Below, piece after piece: positions 30,233-41,116 of a DNA stretch of 64,000 nucleotides. Origin of the DNA: a virus (lineage: Duplodnaviria; Caudoviricetes); the IMG/VR virus record IMGVR_UViG_3300010162_000373, positions 68,865 through 132,864 of that record, one strand, 5' to 3'. The notes under the pieces are model-generated. The model ran no database searches and was not told the DNA's origin. It worked only from the letters and a program-made list of their open reading frames with translations. The position numbers and the translations under genes were made by a program. Positions within the stretch are counted from its first letter, which is position 1. Each line of letters begins with the position of its first letter.

Positions 30233-32935
30233 TTAAGCAGAGCCGAGGTTAACACCAATTGCAGAGTTATCTGAGATAACTTGCAAATGTAGTTCAATTC
30301 GGTTAGCCATAAGTGGCAATTCAAGCAACACGTCCACGTTAATTACATCACGGAAGACCGGGTCAATACTAACGCTACGAATGTTATATCCTACAACTTG
30401 CCCGCTGCGTCCGCCTTCTCGGAACCGCAACATAAGTGCATCACTTGTCTTTTGAATAGTGTCGAAAACAGCCGTCAAACCTTCAACAGTTGCCGTCAGT
30501 CTTCCCCTCAGCTGCATCAACGCAGCCGTGTAGTAATTACTGACACTATCAAAGTTACGCGTTGTCATTTCTTCACGCTCGTGAAGAATATCAAAGGTAC
30601 CAGTTGTAATTGTATGTCGAATAAAGATGTTTTCATCATGATCTTTAGTCAGCATCGTAATACCTGCCTGAGCTAGCGCGTTCAAATTTTGCTCAGAAAG
30701 CTCTTCCATCCCAGAAACATCGGCAACTCCTCGTAGCGAAAACAATGTTGATGCCTGGTTAGGTGGAAGCCCCATTGTTCGTGCGGCAATCATTACTGCG
30801 CCAATGTAGCCAGGTAATGCCCTATAGCCATCAGCTGCAACTGTGAACGGATGTACTGCAATAACTCGACGATTATCCCAGGTATTCAAAGCGGTTACGT
30901 TCTCATTAAAATTCTGAGTCGTAATTGGCCGCCAAATTTCATATCGCTGTGGAACATCAATAGAGTTGTTGAACGGACGATCAAGCACCAACATGTTACC
31001 GTTGACTACTCTAGCTACCGTTCGAGATGAATATCTTAAATCACCATTGGCGTCAGTATAAAATTCAATTCTAAATTCGTCACCAGGTCGAACGCCAGCT
31101 GCTACAAAATCACTATGCTCCGAAAGAACAGTGTTAAAGTCAACCACTTGCGTATCTGGATTATCAATTACCGTGCCCCACGTTGGTCTAGCTGGATCCC
31201 ACACAACAACTGGAACTTGAACATCAAGCGGCTGATAAAGCCAAGCTTGTTTTCGTCGATTAATTTCATCAGAACTTTCGCCTAAGACAAAATTAACAGT
31301 GAGTCGTTGGATTATAGGATCAGTGGTAAGCGGTACGATTGCATATGCGTCTCGATTTTTACTCACCCGATTAAAGGCAGCTGTCCAAGAATCCACATCA
31401 GCAGGATTATGTACAACACCATAAATAACTGGCCGACCAGCGCTGTTTTGTAACGCCTTAAATATGGCATACTTCAGCGGGTTAGCTGGGTGTGTTTGTC
31501 CAGGGAACACCGACTCAAGATCCAAACCATTTTCAATAGTTCCTGCGCCCGCACTTACGCCTACTGCGGTATTCCAAATACGGCTCTCGATATAAACATC
31601 AGCTTTGACTATCGGCAAGGATTTAATACCGAATTCAAAATCAAGCGAGGAAATAAATGCCTCTAGAGTCACATTGTTTTGATTTTGACCCCAGAAAGCT
31701 GCGCCGACTGAAAGGTTCCGCAATACTTGAAGCGTAGCAGAGGTAGGTGCTGCTGTAAATGCTGGAATATTTTGTTGTAAAGTAATTTTTCGTACTGTTG
31801 ATACTGCTACGGCCGTAGTTGTGTAGAAGAAAGACTCTCCTTGAATCATTCCAGCGCCGCCAGTAACAGAGAATGTTAGGCCTTGAGTTCCAAGCGCATA
31901 GGTTGCACCCTGTACGACCTCAAATTCAGCTGCTGTATCAAGACCGGAGGCTGTTCGCACTCGAACAACAGGTCTTACGCCAGTACCGTCTAACCTGCCG
32001 GTCCGCTGAACGTCAACAATGTAAGTAACATCTTCGAGTCCTCGAAACTGACCGTTTGCAACAATTGTTGGTCGAGTGTATGGGAACAACATAGAAATTG
32101 TCCACACTTGCGCCTGCGTAAAGACTGCACTGCCTAGCCCTGTAAACGTCAATTCCAGCCCTAATACTGGATCATTTCCGCCACTTGTTACGGCCTTACC
32201 AGTAGCATCGAGCGTAAACTCGACTGCCTCACCACCATCGCCGGTTAAGAAGAAAATCGCATCTGCGCGTTCTCCGCCCTGCACTACATTAACGACATAT
32301 TGTTTATCAAATCTGTTTGTAGGTACAACATAGTCACTACCGCTAACTGCTGGCGTAATATTTACACCGGAATTTTCTGCGCTTGAATTGCGACTGACAG
32401 TCGCCGTAGTAGTAGCAATTGTTGCCCTATTACCCGACGCACCAGCTACAGGCTCGTTAGTTGTAACATGTCCATCAAGAACTGGCTCGATAGCGTGAAT
32501 AGCGCTAAAGAATTGCTCTCCTTCGATAACCATGCCAACTACGTCGCCAATGCGAACGCCCCTAACAGCGCCCGTACTCTCAACAATTACTTCCGCAATA
32601 TCGGTTACATCAACAGTAATTTGATTTAAACTGTTCGGAATAATCGTAACAGGGACATTGTCTTCATAGCGAAGTAACGCATTGCGGAAAAATACTTTTG
32701 TGAAGTCGAGGTCAACATTTGCGTCACCTATTCCTCTCTCCCAGTCAAAAACTGGGCGAGTACCTGTTAAATATTCCCCAACATAAGCCCTTGCGCGTTC
32801 TGCAGGAGGAGCATCATAGAGGCGAAGTGTTGCACTACCACCAACTACGGCAATGTCCTGATCAGGAATAAAAGTAAGAGCGTTTTGCTGAATTGTTTGA
32901 TAAACTGCAATTCCCGGTGCTTTGTAGCGTGCCAT
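30233..32935 (-). CDS. Tail sheath protein
   Basis: N-terminal YKAPGIAVYQ, YAIVPLT, LNALAQAGI, IRHTITT, RNFDSV, C-terminal INVDVLLELPLMANRIEL. Confidence 0.9.
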   Translation of the reverse strand: MARYKAPGIAVYQTIQQNALTFIPDQDIAVVGGSATLRLYDAPPAERARAYVGEYLTGTRPVFDWERGIGDANVDLDFTKVFFRNALLRYEDNVPVTIIPNSLNQITVDVTDIAEVIVESTGAVRGVRIGDVVGMVIEGEQFFSAIHAIEPVLDGHVTTNEPVAGASGNRATIATTTATVSRNSSAENSGVNITPAVSGSDYVVPTNRFDKQYVVNVVQGGERADAIFFLTGDGGEAVEFTLDATGKAVTSGGNDPVLGLELTFTGLGSAVFTQAQVWTISMLFPYTRPTIVANGQFRGLEDVTYIVDVQRTGRLDGTGVRPVVRVRTASGLDTAAEFEVVQGATYALGTQGLTFSVTGGAGMIQGESFFYTTTAVAVSTVRKITLQQNIPAFTAAPTSATLQVLRNLSVGAAFWGQNQNNVTLEAFISSLDFEFGIKSLPIVKADVYIESRIWNTAVGVSAGAGTIENGLDLESVFPGQTHPANPLKYAIFKALQNSAGRPVIYGVVHNPADVDSWTAAFNRVSKNRDAYAIVPLTTDPIIQRLTVNFVLGESSDEINRRKQAWLYQPLDVQVPVVVWDPARPTWGTVIDNPDTQVVDFNTVLSEHSDFVAAGVRPGDEFRIEFYTDANGDLRYSSRTVARVVNGNMLVLDRPFNNSIDVPQRYEIWRPITTQNFNENVTALNTWDNRRVIAVHPFTVAADGYRALPGYIGAVMIAARTMGLPPNQASTLFSLRGVADVSGMEELSEQNLNALAQAGITMLTKDHDENIFIRHTITTGTFDILHEREEMTTRNFDSVSNYYTAALMQLRGRLTATVEGLTAVFDTIQKTSDALMLRFREGGRSGQVVGYNIRSVSIDPVFRDVINVDVLLELPLMANRIELHLQVISDNSAIGVNLGSA

Positions 32936-32962
32936 AGTATTTATTTATCTTTGTAAGATTTG

Positions 32963-33649
32963 TTATTGGTTTATCGTATAATCAATGTCGATTAAACTAG
33001 TTTTTGGTTCCCATTTACCGTCAAAGTCTTTAACTGTAATTAACGGCCTAATGTGTCTTATTTTTGGAGCTGACTCAGCTAGCGACCAGCGATTATGATG
33101 AACATATCTAACTTTTACTATTACTGAATAAGTCTCATTATCCTCCATAATTAATCGCGGCTCTGACAACCCAACAACTTGGATGTCATTCATGCAAATT
33201 TGCATAGCTAGAAGCTGCCCATATATCTCAAAAAAAGTCGCAACCTCATGAGCTAATATCTCAACCGTTGCATAGGACTTTGCCAAACAATTAAATGTGT
33301 GGTGGCCTATCCACTTATCAATTTTATCACCGTATATTGGGTCACCCAGGCCATCTCTATCATACTGCCCAATCTTTTCCCTAGTCCAATCTTTTCTATC
33401 TATCAGAATCGCTGGCCTGAAGTTGGATTGAAGAGGCTTAGGCTTAAGCGTAAGATCAATATAGATTTTAGTATCAGTAGTTCCTTGAGGAACATCATCA
33501 GCTGCCCAAAGGACATCTTTTAAAGCGTCGTCAAAAATGCCCGCAGGATTAAAAAAATGCTGCCTTAATACGGACACAAAGAAACCGTTTAATAATAAGG
33601 GGCCTTTGAACCCTTTATTCGCTATATTTATTTCCTTAATTGTCGACAT
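32963..33649 (-). CDS. Putative tail terminator/completion protein
   Basis: Immediately upstream of the sheath gene; RPAILIDR, FNCLAKS..VEILA. Confidence 0.6.
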   Translation of the reverse strand: MSTIKEINIANKGFKGPLLLNGFFVSVLRQHFFNPAGIFDDALKDVLWAADDVPQGTTDTKIYIDLTLKPKPLQSNFRPAILIDRKDWTREKIGQYDRDGLGDPIYGDKIDKWIGHHTFNCLAKSYATVEILAHEVATFFEIYGQLLAMQICMNDIQVVGLSEPRLIMEDNETYSVIVKVRYVHHNRWSLAESAPKIRHIRPLITVKDFDGKWEPKTSLIDIDYTINQ

Positions 33650-33650
33650 A

Positions 33651-33902
33651 TTATCCTTCGTTAATTAAATAAAGCAGCTGCCGTAAAATATCATCATCTA
33701 GCTGGTCAATCGCCGGCACATAGGTTTCAATAGTTTGCGAGTTATTTGCACTGCTTGTACTGTCATATCCATCATACGCACAACAAGGCGGACAGGTACC
33801 TTCATATACTGGGGCAGGGTTTGTGCCTAAATATATGGCAGTTACGAGCTGCCCTCCAATATAAATACATGGAACCGGTGCATTTCCAACAAATATCGGC
33901 AT
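33651..33902 (-). CDS. Small fibre-associated protein
   Basis: IFVG..V..IYIG..V.AIYLG repeat motif. Confidence 0.6.
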   Translation of the reverse strand: MPIFVGNAPVPCIYIGGQLVTAIYLGTNPAPVYEGTCPPCCAYDGYDSTSSANNSQTIETYVPAIDQLDDDILRQLLYLINEG

Positions 33903-33927
33903 AACATTTAATCATATTACTTTACGC

Positions 33928-35412
33928 TTAAAGTGGAAAACCGTAATTTGTAAGTAACGTTTGAACCGTAGCTAACGGAATGGGTTGCGGGATGCCAGCT
34001 GCGGCCAAAGTTGCCCAGCCTATGGCTGAAGTAGATGTTGAGCAAAGTATCATACCTGCCGCAGTTGGAGCTGCCAACCAGGCAGTAGTATTTGCCCCTG
34101 AGCGCCAGAAAATACCTCCAGCTGCTCCACCGGTTGACCAGGCAACATCAGTTGCCGCAGTAGCGGTGCTACCTGAAGTAAGAACCTGCCCTCCAGCTAC
34201 GTTAGCTAACCACCCTAAAGCTGTTGCGGACGTAGCTCGCCAAAGCGCCCCCACTGTTGGTGCGGCTGACCACGTATTAGCTGAAGTCGCCGCCGCACCA
34301 GTTACCAGCATCCGCCCAGCAGCACCTGGGTGCGCTGGAATTAAATTAGTATGTACGTTTACAGTACGAGTATCAGCTGCCCCGGTAACATCTATACGGT
34401 TAGCAGTACCTAGAACATCCGTCAATGTTCCTTGAGGTATCGATGGCATTTCCGACACAGACCAAGCCGTTTCACTAGCTCCCCGTGAAAGAACGTAGCT
34501 AGTGTTGTTGTTAGTAGTCTGTCCGCTAGCGATTAAACGCATTACATTCGCGGCAGTTAAAGCCGTTGGCACCGCTGCGCCAGTAGTTGCGTTTCCAATA
34601 ATCGTCCAAGCTGCAATGGCAGATAATCCGACAGTTGGCGTAGTCGTTGCTGTCCCGCCAATAGTGATAAGGCCATTAGTTGTTGCGCCTACACTAGTTA
34701 CTGTCCCTTCGTTAGCTGTTGCGCCGTCTGCGATGTTAAGAATCGTTCGAGCAGCTGCCGGCGTTAAATCCTGAGGCGGCCCCGCCGTACTTTGCGATCG
34801 ACCCATAATACGACCACCACCAACAACGTTAGTTGAGGCCATATTAGCCATTTTTACCAACGTAACCTGACTATTCTGTATATGCGCCGTTCTAACCGCA
34901 TCTGCAATTAAAAGACCGCTAAATACATTACCCGTTAATGCAATAGTTACTCCGCCAGCTGTGCCTGCCGCTGCGACAGAACCAACATACACGTCAACAA
35001 GGTCTCCAACATCTACCCTAAAGGAAGTACCGTCTTGACGAGTAAATACAACTTCTTTTGTGACTGCGTCGTAAGTTACATTACTAATAAGCGTGGATAC
35101 AGACGGAATATTAATATTAATATTCGCCCCGCCTTGCTGAGTAATTATTAAATCACCGGTGGCAGGATTCCAAGTGGCATTACGCAGCTGATTGTCAGCT
35201 AGATTTATAGTACGATTAAAAGCTGTCCCGCCAATCGTGAGTGTGTCGGAGGTAATGCCAGTGGGCGTTGCTCCTAGCTCAAGAATAGCCTCAAGAGCCT
35301 CGATAGTTGCAAAGGTATTATTAATCTGCGTAGCAGTTAAATAATTACCAAACCTGGCGCTAATTGACTTTAAAATTTGGTCAAGGCCGTCAAAATTCAA
35401 ATAATCACTCAT
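33928..35412 (-). CDS. Tail fibre-like protein
   Basis: Ala/Thr/Gly-rich; YLNFDGL N-terminal motif, GTVTSVG, repeated G.vL.s...W units. Confidence 0.75.
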   Translation of the reverse strand: MSDYLNFDGLDQILKSISARFGNYLTATQINNTFATIEALEAILELGATPTGITSDTLTIGGTAFNRTINLADNQLRNATWNPATGDLIITQQGGANININIPSVSTLISNVTYDAVTKEVVFTRQDGTSFRVDVGDLVDVYVGSVAAAGTAGGVTIALTGNVFSGLLIADAVRTAHIQNSQVTLVKMANMASTNVVGGGRIMGRSQSTAGPPQDLTPAAARTILNIADGATANEGTVTSVGATTNGLITIGGTATTTPTVGLSAIAAWTIIGNATTGAAVPTALTAANVMRLIASGQTTNNNTSYVLSRGASETAWSVSEMPSIPQGTLTDVLGTANRIDVTGAADTRTVNVHTNLIPAHPGAAGRMLVTGAAATSANTWSAAPTVGALWRATSATALGWLANVAGGQVLTSGSTATAATDVAWSTGGAAGGIFWRSGANTTAWLAAPTAAGMILCSTSTSAIGWATLAAAGIPQPIPLATVQTLLTNYGFPL

Positions 35413-35430
35413 AGCTTAATTTTACCTTTA

Positions 35431-38304
35431 TTATTGAGTGCAAATGTACACTGTCCTAGAATCTCGGCTTCCTATCGGCGGCGCCTGCGCCATAGATCCC
35501 ACCCAAAACCTTATATGCTGAATGTGCGCGTCCGTAGGCGCTGTTGTTGCATTTGCTCGATTTGCGCCACCAAATTGTGTTGTTACACTGTCATCTATCC
35601 GCTGCCACTGCGAAAATGCAGCTGCTCCGTTGAAATGCCGCACCCAAGTTTCTACGGGCATTATCCTAGCTGTCGAGAATGCCGTCGTAACTCTATCTCG
35701 TCGCCGCAATATTTGCGTACCGTGAGTTTCACCAGTATATTTAATTACAGTTAAATGGCAGCCATTATTCCAGTCAGCTAATGCGGTTGTTGGAAAGCCC
35801 ACAGGCGTTCCCGTAATATTTACGAAAGTCCACTCACCGTGCCTACGATAATTATTCAGATTAGGGCCAGCAATTTCCGCTAGTTGCTCGTATGCAACAG
35901 CTGCAGCGCGTAACTGAGGACTTGTACTTAAATTTCCTGTTGCTCCATCACCGTAATTACTGCTTAATCTAACATGTCCCGCAAGTAAGCTAGTGGCTAG
36001 TCCATGAGTATTTGTAACTGCTGTTACACCTGGATTCCACGCATGATTCATTGGCGCAGCATTAAGCGCATCCCGTAACCGCGTCTGCATATCTGCGGTA
36101 AACACAGTATCTGTACCAATGGCAGCGGCAGTAGCCATGTTTGCTAATAGCCTACGCGCCTGCGCTGTCGTAAGTACAGCAGCTGCGTCCATACGAGGAT
36201 ACCGAGTATCATGATTATGGTCAGAAGCAGCAGCGCCCAAATCAGCTAATGACGGACGAGCGTGTACGTGATCTCTTCGTGCCGGAACTGTTTGTGTGCC
36301 CGCTGCAGCCGCCGCCCCTAGCGCAGCTGGCGCGACACTATCAAACAACAGTGCGTGCCTATGATCACTTAAAGCAAGCGTAACAGCTGTTCCTTGATGA
36401 TTTGTATTATTTGCCGCAGTAGCTTGCCCAACATTAACTGGCGCAGCTACCGAATAACCATGCGAGTGATCTCTTCTAGCCGGAAATTGAGCGACCCCTT
36501 CTGAAAAGCCTTCACTAGGTAACGGGCCGCCTAACGTAACAGATGGCCCAGCTGGCCCAAAATTAATGCCGTGTGTGTGATCAGCTCTTGCAGCGGTTAA
36601 GCTTACGCCTAATACTGAAGTGCCGGTAATTGTAGTAAGCGGCGGTGCGGAAGTAGCTAGCTCTAAGCTCTCTCCGCCCCCTAGCGCAATTTCCCAAGGC
36701 CCCCATTCCGTAGCTGAAGTTGATATTCGTTTCCAAAATGTAAATGTTCCTTGTTTCCAAAGTATTTGCGTAATATGCGTAGCACCAGAAAACCTAAGAA
36801 CTTTTAAATAACAAGCATTAACAGGTTCTTCAATAGCTGTAGCTGCGCCCGTCAAGCCGTAATCATCCGGGAACTGGTCAGCATTGGCGTTATTTACTAA
36901 AGACCACACCCATTCTCCAGACGACCTGAACGTATTTAATGCAACTGAAACCGGCCCGACAACGTGACAGTATGAGACAGCTCCTGAACTCCTAGCGGTA
37001 TTATCGACAATAGACGCTCCAGTTGCTGTACCTGTACTACTTAAAATTACACCGCCGCGACTGCTTACAGTAGCAGTATGCACCGGGTGTACATGATCTC
37101 GCCTAGCTGCAATATTTGCAACTCCTGGGTTTACTGTGCCAGTAGAGAGCGGATTTGTAAAATCAAATATTGGATGTGTGTGATCTGCCCTAGCTGCACA
37201 ATTATTGTTACCTAGCCCTGAGAAACCACCATCAAAAATAGTATTACCCCAAAGACGACCAGTTGAACTAACTTTTATATTAGACCCATGAAAAGGTGCA
37301 GTAGATAAAGCTGCGACTACACTTAAATGATCTATCCAACATCCAGCCCTAAAAGTAGATGATGCGTTAGCTAATCTAACTGTTGACCAAGTTTCTCCGC
37401 CATTGTCAGAAATTAGCTGAAGTCCCGTAGCGTTTGAGCCTGAAGAAAAGGCAATAAATAAATCTAATTCTTCAACCCTTATTACTCGTTGTAAGGTAAA
37501 GTTATTGGCGGCAAGAATCGAAGGCCCGTAACGTATAGTCCAGGTTACGCCGTTATCATCACTGGTTCTTATATCTGACGTGCCTACAGCTACCCAGCGG
37601 CCATTTGGCCCGCCATAATTCGGTGTCCACGCTAGACCAGTAGTAGGGTTTACTAAAGTAGCAGCAGTTGACCAACTGGCACCCAATTGTTGTCTTCTCC
37701 GACAGCCAGTATTTGCACCAGCTGTCATAATCCAGTCATCATTTAACCAAATAACATTATTAGCTGCTTGATTAGTTGCAACTCCGTTTGTCCATACTGC
37801 ACCAGTAGAACTCATCATATTAAACGGAGTAGTCGTACCAACAGCAATAAACATCTTTTCAATGTGATTCCAGATAACATCAGTCCATGTTCTAGCTGTA
37901 GTGTCAGGAAAAGTAGCTGGTGTCCAGACAATTCCGTCCTCAGACCAAGAAGCGCCAGAGCCGGCAGCTGAAGTTCTGCCGCCTACTGCAACAAAACGCT
38001 CTAATTCGGGCGACCAGCAGACGCTATTCCAGATAAACTGGCCTATTGTAGTTCTATTCCAAGTAATTAGGTCATCACTCCAAAGAGCGAGGCCGTCATT
38101 TAATACACCGCCAACAATAACAGCTCTTTTTAATGTTGGAGAATAAGCTATTCTATTTGTAACGGGCGTAGCTGGAATGCCGGTAACTGGCGAAGGTACA
38201 GCAGGTACAAGATTATCACAAAATTTAAGACGATTTAAATCTAATCGTTTTAAAATTTCTTCAAGACCAATTACATCTAAATATTCCGGAAGAGGTGTAC
38301 TCAT
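35431..38304 (-). CDS. Tail fibre / receptor-binding protein with beta-propeller and DHxH repeats
   Basis: WSDDLITW/WSEDGIVW/SDDNGVTW/SDNGGETW BNR-like boxes; seven A.xDHxH repeats; start reassigned to MSTPLP. Confidence 0.8.
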   Translation of the reverse strand: MSTPLPEYLDVIGLEEILKRLDLNRLKFCDNLVPAVPSPVTGIPATPVTNRIAYSPTLKRAVIVGGVLNDGLALWSDDLITWNRTTIGQFIWNSVCWSPELERFVAVGGRTSAAGSGASWSEDGIVWTPATFPDTTARTWTDVIWNHIEKMFIAVGTTTPFNMMSSTGAVWTNGVATNQAANNVIWLNDDWIMTAGANTGCRRRQQLGASWSTAATLVNPTTGLAWTPNYGGPNGRWVAVGTSDIRTSDDNGVTWTIRYGPSILAANNFTLQRVIRVEELDLFIAFSSGSNATGLQLISDNGGETWSTVRLANASSTFRAGCWIDHLSVVAALSTAPFHGSNIKVSSTGRLWGNTIFDGGFSGLGNNNCAARADHTHPIFDFTNPLSTGTVNPGVANIAARRDHVHPVHTATVSSRGGVILSSTGTATGASIVDNTARSSGAVSYCHVVGPVSVALNTFRSSGEWVWSLVNNANADQFPDDYGLTGAATAIEEPVNACYLKVLRFSGATHITQILWKQGTFTFWKRISTSATEWGPWEIALGGGESLELATSAPPLTTITGTSVLGVSLTAARADHTHGINFGPAGPSVTLGGPLPSEGFSEGVAQFPARRDHSHGYSVAAPVNVGQATAANNTNHQGTAVTLALSDHRHALLFDSVAPAALGAAAAAGTQTVPARRDHVHARPSLADLGAAASDHNHDTRYPRMDAAAVLTTAQARRLLANMATAAAIGTDTVFTADMQTRLRDALNAAPMNHAWNPGVTAVTNTHGLATSLLAGHVRLSSNYGDGATGNLSTSPQLRAAAVAYEQLAEIAGPNLNNYRRHGEWTFVNITGTPVGFPTTALADWNNGCHLTVIKYTGETHGTQILRRRDRVTTAFSTARIMPVETWVRHFNGAAAFSQWQRIDDSVTTQFGGANRANATTAPTDAHIQHIRFWVGSMAQAPPIGSRDSRTVYICTQ

Positions 38305-38354
38305 GCACTTTATTTTACCGCGCAAAGCTCCTTGCGCAGAATTAAACCGAAATA

Positions 38355-38681
38355 TTATTCTTCAGCGGCCTCTTTAGCCTTCTTAGCTGCTTTAATTTTA
38401 GATCCCTTTGGTGCCGGAAGATCACGAAGCTTACAATAGTCAGTGATTAGCCCAAGAAATGGCTGCTCTTCTGGGAAAAGAGCTACGACCGTAATCAAGT
38501 CATTGGCATCCGGGCCAACATAGCTTTCAATAACTATTTCATCCTCTGGTAAGAATAAAATCGCTTTTAACGTACGCATATTAAGCGTAGCGCTATCCGC
38601 CTCTTGATCATAGCCTTTTTGTACTGCGTATTCTTGAGTGCAATCATCAACTCGTAATACAAATTCAATTTTATATTTCAT
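38355..38681 (-). CDS. Hypothetical protein
   Basis: 108 aa ORF in the fibre operon. Confidence 0.7.
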   Translation of the reverse strand: MKYKIEFVLRVDDCTQEYAVQKGYDQEADSATLNMRTLKAILFLPEDEIVIESYVGPDANDLITVVALFPEEQPFLGLITDYCKLRDLPAPKGSKIKAAKKAKEAAEE

Positions 38682-38686
38682 TTTAT

Positions 38687-40144
38687 TTAGTTCATTGAGT
38701 AACGATAAATTAACTCCAACACAGTATTTTCATCCTTGATGAATGGCTCACTGAAGTTAGCTCCAGAAATTACACCTGTGCCTTGGAAATAATACATTGT
38801 GGTAGTATTCACCCGATTATATAGTACGCCCGCATCAGTCATTACAGGCGCATTAAAATTACCGTCAGTTCGACAAAGATAATGCCTCAACCCTTGCAAC
38901 TGCATTGTATCATCTACAATAACGCCAGGATGATAATTAGCATCACTAACAGGTGCCAGAGTATTATCGCCTAATACTAGCTGCCTATAAGGAAAATAAT
39001 ACCGCTGAGCTTCAACGTGGAAATAACCAGTTACTTGCCTGGCCGCCGTAACGGCATCATCTGCACCAATTACATATTGCGAAACAGCAAAATTTTGAAT
39101 TGGCCCTACAGTAGCTGAATCAATGCCCCCTTGGAAATTGGTAATAACAGCTCGCTGAATTTGTACCTGTCCGTTTGAAATGTTCATTGGTACGAATACT
39201 TCAAAAGCGTTCATGTCAGGGCGCGCAACAAGTATTGGTCGCACTATTCGCGCTGTATTTAAATCTGTCCCAGGGAACGCTACATCAAGAAAACTCGTAT
39301 TTGTTACTTGAGTAAAGTTACTACAACCAGTTAGTCGAATAACTACCGATCCCGCAGTGCTAGATTGCGTAGTAGCTTTAACAACCGTATTTCCAATCAC
39401 TAATCCGCCAGTTAACGCTACGTTAGCAATGTTAGTGTTAAGCTCAGCAGAGGTGAATTGCACCATTTGTTTAGACCGGAGATCAAAAGAAAATTGATTT
39501 GCAGCTGAAACAGTTTTCCAAACAATGGAGCGATCTTCTCTGTGCTCTAAAAAATAATTAGTAGTACCAACTGTGCTGGTAGTAGGTGCGTATTCTCCTA
39601 AAAGAATACCTGTATGCGCCGAAGGATTAGCCCAATCCCTACCAAAACATAATCCAGTTATAGTAGCCGCACCGATATTTTTAACATAGCGCACCTCAAA
39701 AAATGGATCAGCTGCATTGTAGCTATATCGAGAACGATTATCTACCGAAATGAGTGTGTTTGCGTCTTCAACTAGCTGGTTATTTACATTGCGGTACACA
39801 ACGTTAGCGGCTAGTTCGTTTTGGCGCGCAGTCACAAAAGGAGGGATTACATCATTGCTGCCGACAGTAATGTTGGCTCCCATAACATAAATTCCCCAGT
39901 TGCCAGTGCCGATAAGCGCAGCGTATTGTCCAGTTGCTGGACGAGAATCACTTCTCAGCGCTGTTGCGGGGTTGCCCGCCATTTTAGCCCCCATTAAGGC
40001 CCGCAACTTCCAAATATTTGTAATATTGTTTTGAGTCCACGGACTTTCTTTAATAATTCTCCCAGTAGGGTTACGAGGATCATCTCCTACTACTTTTTCC
40101 CTAAGGATTGCCTTAAAATGTCCGCCAAGTTGTATTTTTTCCAC
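38687..40144 (-). CDS. Putative virion structural protein
   Basis: 485 aa beta-rich; AGGAG SD before GTG; N-terminal GHF...ESPWTQNNIT. Confidence 0.7.
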   Translation of the reverse strand: MEKIQLGGHFKAILREKVVGDDPRNPTGRIIKESPWTQNNITNIWKLRALMGAKMAGNPATALRSDSRPATGQYAALIGTGNWGIYVMGANITVGSNDVIPPFVTARQNELAANVVYRNVNNQLVEDANTLISVDNRSRYSYNAADPFFEVRYVKNIGAATITGLCFGRDWANPSAHTGILLGEYAPTTSTVGTTNYFLEHREDRSIVWKTVSAANQFSFDLRSKQMVQFTSAELNTNIANVALTGGLVIGNTVVKATTQSSTAGSVVIRLTGCSNFTQVTNTSFLDVAFPGTDLNTARIVRPILVARPDMNAFEVFVPMNISNGQVQIQRAVITNFQGGIDSATVGPIQNFAVSQYVIGADDAVTAARQVTGYFHVEAQRYYFPYRQLVLGDNTLAPVSDANYHPGVIVDDTMQLQGLRHYLCRTDGNFNAPVMTDAGVLYNRVNTTTMYYFQGTGVISGANFSEPFIKDENTVLELIYRYSMN

Positions 40145-40187
40145 TGTATTTTCTCCTAGTAGTTATATTTATTATAAATTAAGGCAA

Positions 40188-41111
40188 TTAGCCTACCTCG
40201 CCTCCGCCTCCACCCGGCGAATAATAAGGACAATCTATGCCGTATAAATAGCACAATAATTCCCGATGATGTACGCAAGTATTTGAATTTGCCGTACACT
40301 CTGAATGATCTGCAATAAACGGACAATCTCGCCCATGTACCATACACATTGCGCTGTTTTTATATAGCTGCTCACAAGTAAGCGGGTCTTGACTGCACTC
40401 TAGCTCTAATTGTTCTCGGCTTACAGCCCTATCAGTTAAGTCAAATGACTCAACTAATGTTAAACGTCTCAGACTATTATCCGGCTTAAACTTACAGGTT
40501 AAGAAGATACCGCTTAAAGTTTCATTAATAGTTAGCGTTGCAGAAATACCCGCATCTGACTGCGGCAACGCAATATCAGGTAAATCGCTAGTCGGATTAA
40601 ATCTTTGCGCCTGGGTAGCGTCAGTAAACGTGATTGTATCAACAAGCTCTAAACGAACTAAGCTACGCTCTGCCCTTGGCTCCTTGCGTAAAACTCTAGC
40701 TACTGTTGACGTAAAGTAAAATTTAGCCTCAGTAACTGTGGCCGGGCGAATTTCTTCCGGCGGCGTATAAAGTATATTTTTTTCAAACTCTTGCGCCGTT
40801 ATACTGGCAGAAAGAGCTAGGCTGCTGCGGATTTCCAGTCTTTGATAGCTTTTATCGCCTTTAGGTTCTCTTAGTGGAACGCGACGAGCTAATCCCCGGA
40901 ACTCTATTACTTCATGAATTCGTGGCAAATAGTCATCGCCGCCACCAATCATTGCAATCTTCTGCATAATGAGCATAATTGAGTCTTGACTCGTTGCACC
41001 TATGCCGTGATCAAGAAGATTACGCACCCCAACAGTCTTAGCAGCTCGAAGCTCAGCTTGATACTGCTTAACTAAAATAATCTGAGATTCTAGTTGCTGT
41101 TGAATATTCAT
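40188..41111 (-). CDS. Putative fibre-associated protein with internal repeats and Cys-rich tail
   Basis: Three ~50-aa repeats and C-terminal C..HG.DCP / CYLYGIDCP. Confidence 0.7.
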   Translation of the reverse strand: MNIQQQLESQIILVKQYQAELRAAKTVGVRNLLDHGIGATSQDSIMLIMQKIAMIGGGDDYLPRIHEVIEFRGLARRVPLREPKGDKSYQRLEIRSSLALSASITAQEFEKNILYTPPEEIRPATVTEAKFYFTSTVARVLRKEPRAERSLVRLELVDTITFTDATQAQRFNPTSDLPDIALPQSDAGISATLTINETLSGIFLTCKFKPDNSLRRLTLVESFDLTDRAVSREQLELECSQDPLTCEQLYKNSAMCMVHGRDCPFIADHSECTANSNTCVHHRELLCYLYGIDCPYYSPGGGGGEVG

Positions 41112-41116
41112 TTAGT

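Noticed and set aside
30168-32950. T4-type late promoter TATAAATA before the tube gene (and ATAAATA before the sheath gene)
   Set aside because: Only one exact match noticed at a gene start in AT-rich DNA; insufficient to define a separate class
14893-33649. Bacterial contractile injection system / tailocin
   Set aside because: Capsid, protease, terminase and a tRNA are present, indicating a complete phage
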